Shown one piece after another: positions 1 to 4,122 of a stretch of DNA of 6,045 nucleotides. Origin of the DNA: a virus; IMG/VR virus record IMGVR_UViG_3300020029_000274, positions 1 through 6,045 of that record; one strand, 5' to 3'. The notes beneath the pieces are model-generated. The model searched no databases. It was not told the DNA's origin and saw only the letters and a list, made by a program, of their open reading frames with translations. The position numbers were made by a program, and so were the translations under genes. Within the stretch, counting starts at the first letter, position 1, and every line of letters begins with the position of its first letter.

Positions 1-121
1 CATTAACCTTATGGCACTTGATTGGTTTCTTGAAGATACTCCCGCCTACGTTTCTCGCGGTCAGCGTATTCTTTCTGTTCTCGACGGTTCTGGCTCTGTT
101 GATGTTCTTCCTGGTCGTCCA
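1..121. repeat. Terminal direct repeat, copy 1 (identical to 5925..6045); circularisation overlap of a 5,924-nt circular genome
   Basis: Base-by-base reading shows that 1..121 (cattaaccttatggcacttgattgg...cttcctggtcgtcca) recurs without mismatch at 5925..6045, an offset of 5,924. The repeat starts 2 nt after the capsid stop codon and runs into the 5' part of the next ORF. That is the pattern of a circular contig written linearly, not of a biological terminal repeat. Confidence 0.9.
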
Positions 122-307
122 GATGTGGTAGTCGAACCTTCTGATTTTGATAAGGGTGAGAAGTTCAACCCCGAAATCGATTTCGATCCTAATTCGTTCT
201 CTCGTATGGATAAGTTCGATGGTCTCGAGGTTGGTCAGGAACTTATTGATTCAGAGATTGATAGATCGAGGGCTACCCCAAAGCCTTCTGATCCTAAAGA
301 AAAATAG
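11..307 (+). CDS. Small acidic protein (98 aa); possible internal scaffolding protein (VP3-like), function unproven
   Basis: ATG..TAG ORF with the same T-rich third-position codon usage as the hallmark genes (ggt tct ggc tct gtt gat gtt ctt cct ggt cgt). On the circle it starts 12 nt after the capsid stop. My hand count gives about 22 D/E versus 12 K/R, so it is strongly acidic, as microvirus scaffolding proteins are. I recognise no specific family motif. Confidence 0.75.
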   Translation: MALDWFLEDTPAYVSRGQRILSVLDGSGSVDVLPGRPDVVVEPSDFDKGEKFNPEIDFDPNSFSRMDKFDGLEVGQELIDSEIDRSRATPKPSDPKEK

Positions 308-337
308 TACATCCTTTACTTGACGATATATGCTACG

Positions 338-415
338 TGCGCGGACCCCTTCGGAAAGAGTCCGTGAATTGCCGAAGGTTATTGGTAACGACTGCCGGAG
401 AGGCCGCGCATTTTT
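338..415 (+). promoter_or_regulatory. GC-rich nested stem structure followed by a T5 run (candidate terminator or ssDNA origin/structural element)
   Basis: The outer helix pairs tgcgcgg (338..344) with ccgcgca (404..410), 7 bp. The nested inner helix pairs ccttcgg (348..354) with ccgaagg (372..378), 7 bp. An alternative, mutually exclusive helix pairs cggac (342..346) with gtccg (360..364). ttttt (411..415) follows immediately. The segment 331..410 is about 60% G+C by hand count, in an otherwise T-rich genome. Confidence 0.5.
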
Positions 416-440
416 CTATCGTTCTTTAAATTTTATTATC

Positions 441-632
441 ATGTCTGATACTAAACAACCGTTCTACAAGTCTAAAGCGTTTTGGACGCTTGTTTCTTCC
501 ATAGTTGCCGCTTTAGCTGCCTTTTTTCTTGCTTCGTGTTCTGCTCAGGCTAAGATGCATCGTAGTGGCGTTCATATCGATACCGTGCGTGTCGATTATA
601 TCATTCGTTCTAACAATTTAACCCATATGTAG
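441..632 (+). CDS. Predicted small lipoprotein (63-aa precursor, ~31-aa mature lipopeptide), unknown function
   Basis: From the ATG at 441 the product is MSDTKQPFYKSKAFWTLVSSIVAALAAFFLASC/SAQAKMHRSGVHIDTVRVDYIIRSNNLTHM. It has a Lys-containing n-region, a ~17-aa hydrophobic core and an L-A-S-C lipobox (nt 528..539, Cys33). The stop (630..632) lies 1 nt before the VP2 ATG (634). T-rich third-position bias resumes after 441, while 330..440 is GC-rich and structured. A signal peptide must be N-terminal, so 441 is preferred to the ATG at 330 used in the track. Confidence 0.7.
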   Translation: MSDTKQPFYKSKAFWTLVSSIVAALAAFFLASCSAQAKMHRSGVHIDTVRVDYIIRSNNLTHM

Positions 633-633
633 T

Positions 634-2010
634 ATGCCCGCTCCTGTTGCTGCCGCCGGTACCGCGGCTTCCTTTGGCCGTGCTCTCGGTGAATCTGTCG
701 CCTCCACTGGAGCCAACGGTCTCGTCAATGGCTTTTTGGGCCAGCTTTTTGGTGGCATGAACGCTCGTCGCCAGTGGCGTTTTCAGCAAAAACAGATGAA
801 GCTTCAACAGCAGTACGCGTTGGAGCAGATGCAAAAGCAATCTGAGCTTTCCTACGCTAATTGGCAAAGGCAGTTTGATTACGAGAATGCTTACAATGAT
901 CCTTCGAAGGTTTTCGATCGTTATTTGAAGGCAGGTGTTACCCCCGCTGCTGTGCTCGGCTCTTCTGGCGTTGGCGTAAATGCTACTATGTCAGGCGGCT
1001 CTGCGGGTATGCCCTACGCTTCCGGCCCTTCCGCCAGTGTTCCCCTTAGCCCCGGTTCTTTTGCCCCTGGAGATCCAACTGCTATTGCGCAGAATATGGT
1101 TGCGCAATCTACGGTTGATCGTAATTCTGCTGCTGCTAATCGTGATAATGCCGAAGCTAAGTCGATTACGGATCAGAATGTCGGCAATCAACTATACACT
1201 CTTATGGCCGAGACTCGCGTAGCTTTAGATCAGGAGATCGCTAAGCATAATTTAGCCGCCGCGGACGTTCTCAAGGTACAAGAGAGTATTGAAAAAAATG
1301 CGCTTTTTATTTCTGACGCTACTCTGTTGAGCTCTATTGATGAAAAAAAGAATCAAGCCGCTCTTGTTTCTGGAGAGGTTCGTCGTCTAAACATAGAGAA
1401 TGAGCACTTAGGTGCTGTCATGTCGGCGCAAGCTTTTATGATGAACACTCAGGCAGCTCTTAATCAGGTGCTTGGAGAGCAAGCTCGTGAGGTTATAGAG
1501 TCTTTGCGTCTAAACAATCTCGATACTGCTAATGAGCTTGTGCGCAATTGGGATAAACGCTTCGATGTTGATATCCCGAATCCTCAGTATTCGGAAAATC
1601 TTAGAAGCAATAATCCTATCGTTCGCGCAAATCCCGGCCCTCCGTCTTTCAAAGTTTCGATGTCTCTTAAGGATTTTTACGATAAGACTATTGTAAATGA
1701 AGCGAACGCTTCTGATTTTCTCCCTGAGCAGGCTCGCGTCGCTCTTCGTAATGCAAAGCTTGATCCGTATGTTGAAATTTCGAAGGCTCTCGTTGGTGCG
1801 GCCGCTAGTGTCGCTGGTGCAGGTATAATTCGTGGCGGCGTGTCGCGTGCGGCCACCTCTATTTCTGCCGGTGGATCTTCCAGCAACCTCGCAGGTTCTT
1901 CGATGACAACTCGTTATGATTCGAAAGGGCGCGTTGTTGGTTACGCGACAACAGAAATGAATCGTAGCGGTCATTCGAGTACATATAACAATACTCGTAG
2001 GTCTTGGTAA
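634..2010 (+). CDS. VP2: DNA pilot / minor capsid protein (VP2, phiX174 H analogue), 458 aa
   Basis: The N-terminus is Gly/Ala-rich and hydrophobic (MPAPVAAAGTAASFGRALGESVASTGANGLVNGFLGQLFGG). It is followed by a Q-rich segment and the block NWQRQFDYENAYNDPSKVFDRYLKAGVTPAAVLG (motif core nt 892..960). That block matches the conserved '...YN.P..Q..R...AG.NP' block I recall from microvirus VP2 proteins. The middle is long and helical or coiled-coil-like, and the C-terminus is Gly/Ala/Ser-rich (nt 1786..1884). Size and position, between the capsid and Rep genes, fit VP2. Confidence 0.85.
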   Translation: MPAPVAAAGTAASFGRALGESVASTGANGLVNGFLGQLFGGMNARRQWRFQQKQMKLQQQYALEQMQKQSELSYANWQRQFDYENAYNDPSKVFDRYLKAGVTPAAVLGSSGVGVNATMSGGSAGMPYASGPSASVPLSPGSFAPGDPTAIAQNMVAQSTVDRNSAAANRDNAEAKSITDQNVGNQLYTLMAETRVALDQEIAKHNLAAADVLKVQESIEKNALFISDATLLSSIDEKKNQAALVSGEVRRLNIENEHLGAVMSAQAFMMNTQAALNQVLGEQAREVIESLRLNNLDTANELVRNWDKRFDVDIPNPQYSENLRSNNPIVRANPGPPSFKVSMSLKDFYDKTIVNEANASDFLPEQARVALRNAKLDPYVEISKALVGAAASVAGAGIIRGGVSRAATSISAGGSSSNLAGSSMTTRYDSKGRVVGYATTEMNRSGHSSTYNNTRRSW

Positions 2011-2037
2011 AATTGTTATTTTTTTTTCTCTGTTTTT

Positions 2038-2068
2038 TTTGGATTTTCGATTTTTTGTTGTATATTTG
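2038..2068 (+). promoter_or_regulatory. Candidate Bacteroides-type promoter (-33 TTTG / -7 TAnnTTTG)
   Basis: TTTG at 2038..2041, a 19-nt spacer, then TATATTTG at 2061..2068, an exact match to TAnnTTTG. This sits in an 84-nt T-rich intergenic gap, 27 nt upstream of the ATG at 2095. Confidence 0.5.
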
Positions 2069-2094
2069 TATTGCAAACCAATAACCATATTACC

Positions 2095-2415
2095 ATGAGC
2101 ATTTTAAGTAAAGATTCTAGATTTGATGATCTGCAGATTGATTCTGTCGAGTACATGTTTATTGAATGGCTTATTCGTCGAGGGATTTATACTGCATATA
2201 AGTCGAATTACGAGCGTGCGTTTTCTCTTCGCACCGGCTTTCGTGAACGTTTGCGTGGCCATATTCGACGTACTCTTCGCTATCCCGATTATAGTCCAGG
2301 CGATCTCATCTCTTCTGCCTTCCTATTTGCTTCGACGCCCGAGGGTTTTAAATTTTGGAATAAGCACTCCACTGCTTGGAAACGTTTTTGTTCTAACTTT
2401 CAGTTGAAATTTTAA
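2095..2415 (+). CDS. Hypothetical protein (106 aa), lineage-specific accessory ORF
   Basis: ATG..TAA ORF with strong T3 codon bias (gat tct aga ttt gat gat ... cgt ttt tgt tct aac ttt). It is basic and aromatic-rich, with a C-terminal segment SAFLFASTPEGFKFWNKHSTAWKRF. I prefer the ATG at 2095 to the TTG at 2071 used in the track, because 2071 would fall immediately after the promoter-like -7 box. No family is recognised with certainty. Confidence 0.72.
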   Translation: MSILSKDSRFDDLQIDSVEYMFIEWLIRRGIYTAYKSNYERAFSLRTGFRERLRGHIRRTLRYPDYSPGDLISSAFLFASTPEGFKFWNKHSTAWKRFCSNFQLKF

Positions 2416-2426
2416 ATTGTATTATT

Positions 2427-2750
2427 ATGTCACAGGTTCACATTGTTATTCGTCGGATTAATCCGGCTTTGAAAATTGATCTCGCCCAGGTAGGTCGCCT
2501 CGAGGAAGGTCGATTTGAATCAGTTCCCTTGGAGGTTCTTGCAAATTCCGCTATTTCGAGTATCTTAAAGCGTTCTGAAATTAGCGATTCGCTTTATGTT
2601 GATCATTCAAGTATACCTAAACTTATTGCTATTTGTGAGGGTTTTCCTGATTTTCGTGTCGAGTTTTTCGACAATACACTTGTCCTTATGTTTTACCGTG
2701 ATCTAGATCGTAATGAAAGCGCGACGAAAGAAGAAGGGGAAGGGCACTAG
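2427..2750 (+). CDS. Hypothetical protein (107 aa) with an acidic C-terminal tail, lineage-specific accessory ORF
   Basis: ATG..TAG ORF starting 11 nt after the previous stop, in the same orientation and with the same codon style. No transmembrane segment or signal peptide is visible. It ends in ...DLDRNESATKEEGEGH. No family is recognised. Confidence 0.72.
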   Translation: MSQVHIVIRRINPALKIDLAQVGRLEEGRFESVPLEVLANSAISSILKRSEISDSLYVDHSSIPKLIAICEGFPDFRVEFFDNTLVLMFYRDLDRNESATKEEGEGH

Positions 2751-2797
2751 AGTAGTGACCCGCCCGCTTGGTGGAAGAGTTCTTTAACTCGTAGTAT

Positions 2798-2820
2798 CTG
2801 TGGGAGGCCTCCTCTCACAG
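2798..2820 (+). promoter_or_regulatory. GC-rich stem-loop (10-bp stem including one G-T pair, 3-nt loop); candidate terminator or ssDNA origin element
   Basis: In ctgtgggagg-cct-cctctcacag, positions 2798..2807 pair with 2811..2820 (c-g, t-a, g-c, t-a, g-c, g-t, g-c, a-t, g-c, g-c) and the loop is 2808..2810. It lies 48 nt after the stop of the 107-aa ORF, inside a 98-152 nt non-coding gap. Confidence 0.6.
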
Positions 2821-2831
2821 GTACTTTTACC

Positions 2832-2840
2832 TGATATAAT
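2832..2840 (+). promoter_or_regulatory. TGATATAAT box (extended -10-like; also resembles the phiX174 origin nick-site core)
   Basis: TG-a-TATAAT at 2832..2840, 12 nt after the hairpin. No good TTGACA sits at the expected -35 position (2812..2817 is ctctca). The context cctgatataatttttt shares TGATAT..AAT with the phiX174 origin core CTTGATATTAATAAC, as I recall that sequence. The function is undetermined. Confidence 0.35.
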
Positions 2841-2902
2841 TTTTTATTGTGGATAATTTTGATTTTAGGCCTAGGTTTTCTCCTAACGTTGGCGGCCTTT
2901 CT

Positions 2903-3049
2903 ATGCGTTATTCTATTGGCGCTTATCGCGGTAGGAAGCGAGTTATTATCGCTTGGTTTGCTGATGAGTTGTCCGCGAGCGATTATCTTGTTCGTTGTCG
3001 TCGCACTAATCCTTATATTCGATTTGATTGCCTTAAAAGCCTTTTTTAA
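2903..3049 (+). CDS. Small basic protein (48 aa from ATG 2903; 66 aa if GTG 2849 is used), translationally coupled to Rep; possible DNA-binding/packaging protein
   Basis: The frame has pronounced T3 bias (cgt tat tct att ggc gct tat cgc ggt ... ctt gtt cgt tgt cgt cgc act aat cct tat att). The product MRYSIGAYRGRKRVIIAWFADELSASDYLVRCRRTNPYIRFDCLKSLF has about 10 K/R and 4 D/E. Its stop TAA (3047..3049) overlaps the Rep ATG (3049..3051) as TAATG. The start codon is uncertain. Confidence 0.55.
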   Translation: MRYSIGAYRGRKRVIIAWFADELSASDYLVRCRRTNPYIRFDCLKSLF

Positions 3050-4119
3050 TGCCCTGTTCTTCTCCCATATGGATACGAAATCGTCGTTATTTCGATAAGA
3101 AAAACCCTTGTCGTAACGGTTCTGACGTTGCCAGGTCGGCTTTAGCCCTTCGTCCCTGGGATATCGCGCGACAGTGGTTGATGGTCCCGTGTGGAAAATG
3201 CGAAGATTGCTTGCGTCGCCAGCGTAATGATTGGTTTGTGCGTTTAGAGCGTGAGCTTGCTCATTGTAAGGCTAGTAATCAGCAGGCTATTTTTATTACT
3301 ATAACTATCGCTCCAAAGTATTATAATGAGGCATTGTTAAATCCTTCTTTATTTATTCGCCGATTTAATGAGCGTCTTCGTCATAAGCTTGGCCATTCTT
3401 TTAAGCACGCCTTTTTCCAGGAATTTGGCACTCACCCGCAAACGGGAGCCGAGCCTCGATTGCATTTTCACGGTTTTCTTTTTGCTACGAATACTCTCTA
3501 TAATACTATTCGCTCTGCGGTTCGGGACCTTGGTTTTGTTTGGCTAGCGAAAGCTACCCACAAACGCGCTCGTTACTGCGTTAAGTATGTCACTAAACAA
3601 ATTCAGTTCAATCCCGAAGAAATTTCGGGTAAATATGTTACCGTAAATGGAACAGTTACACCTTTATCTTGCCTCCTCCAACATCGCCGTTATACGCGAA
3701 AATTCGTATCTGCTGGCGTTGGTGATTTTCTTGGCTATATGCCTCGTCCTTCTACCCGTACTTCGTCGTGGTCTTATTTTGATTTTAAAAAACGAATCAA
3801 TTATAACTACTCGATTCCTCGCTATTACCTTAAATATCTTAAGCCAGAAGACGAGGTTGTGCGTTCGATTACCGCTGCTGATACTTATGCACGTTTTAGC
3901 AAGTCTTCTTTGGTTAAGCATATTGTGTCTTTGTGCATTAGACGGTTCGCCCTCAATTCCTCCGTATCCCGTAGAGAGACGTATACGTGGGAGCAGAAAC
4001 AAATGATGCGCTTTTCCGCTTCTTCTCGTAGGATGCCCGATTTTGATCCTCCCGCTTGGCTAGATTTAGATATTCTTCAGTTTTGGAAGAATCATTATAA
4101 ACTTCAACTAAATATTTAA
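3049..4119 (+). CDS. VP4: Rolling-circle replication initiation protein (HUH endonuclease; VP4, phiX174 A analogue), 356 aa
   Basis: All microvirus Rep landmarks are present. The N-terminus is MPCSSPIWIRN. There is a VPCGKCEDC cysteine cluster (3190..3210). Motif I is FITITI (3292..3309). Motif II, the HUH motif, is LHFHGFLF (HFH at 3463..3471). Motif III is YCVKYVTK (3574..3597), with two catalytic-type tyrosines in the Y-x-x-K-Y-x-x-K arrangement seen in phiX174 protein A. Confidence 0.93.
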   Translation: MPCSSPIWIRNRRYFDKKNPCRNGSDVARSALALRPWDIARQWLMVPCGKCEDCLRRQRNDWFVRLERELAHCKASNQQAIFITITIAPKYYNEALLNPSLFIRRFNERLRHKLGHSFKHAFFQEFGTHPQTGAEPRLHFHGFLFATNTLYNTIRSAVRDLGFVWLAKATHKRARYCVKYVTKQIQFNPEEISGKYVTVNGTVTPLSCLLQHRRYTRKFVSAGVGDFLGYMPRPSTRTSSWSYFDFKKRINYNYSIPRYYLKYLKPEDEVVRSITAADTYARFSKSSLVKHIVSLCIRRFALNSSVSRRETYTWEQKQMMRFSASSRRMPDFDPPAWLDLDILQFWKNHYKLQLNI

Positions 4120-4122
4120 TTT

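Noticed and set aside
1-121. Terminal repeats as biological direct terminal repeats, or as mobile-element ends
   Set aside because: The repeat is direct, exact and cuts through a coding sequence (the ORF at 11..307). Microvirus genomes are covalently closed circles, so an assembly overlap is the simplest explanation.
338-410. tRNA-like element (73 nt closed by a 7-bp terminal helix)
   Set aside because: I tried to thread it onto the cloverleaf on both strands. There is no U8, no D-stem pairing at positions 10-13/22-25, and no GTTCRA T-loop. The inner helix positions do not match tRNA arms.
402-434. dif-like XerC/D site (GCGCAT ... TTAAAT, as in E. coli dif GGTGCGCATAATGTATATTATGTTAAAT), which would suggest Xer-mediated integration
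   Set aside because: Only the two outer hexamers match. The spacing is 14 nt rather than 13. The inner palindromic ATAA/TTAT arms and the central region are absent. In T-rich DNA this is too weak to claim, but it would be worth a formal scan with a Bacteroidota dif model.
330-440. Upstream extension of the lipoprotein ORF (the track's 100-aa version starting at ATG 330)
   Set aside because: The extra 37 codons cover the GC-rich helix-forming island and lose the T-rich third-position bias. They would also bury the signal peptide and lipobox internally, where they could not function. The ATG at 441 gives a canonical N-terminal SPII signal.
980-1222. Hydrophobic + strand ORFs nested in genuine genes (980..1222, 2123..2407, 3647..4006, 4157..4378, 4436..4627, 4904..5089)
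   Set aside because: All lie exactly +1 relative to the host gene frame, so the T-rich third codon positions become second positions and give L/F/I/V/P-rich pseudo-proteins. This is a systematic compositional shadow rather than independent genes.
2071-2094. TTG start at 2071 for the 106-aa ORF (the track's 114-aa version)
   Set aside because: It would begin 3 nt after the promoter-like -7 box, leaving no leader. An in-frame ATG lies 8 codons downstream at 2095. The remaining uncertainty is small.
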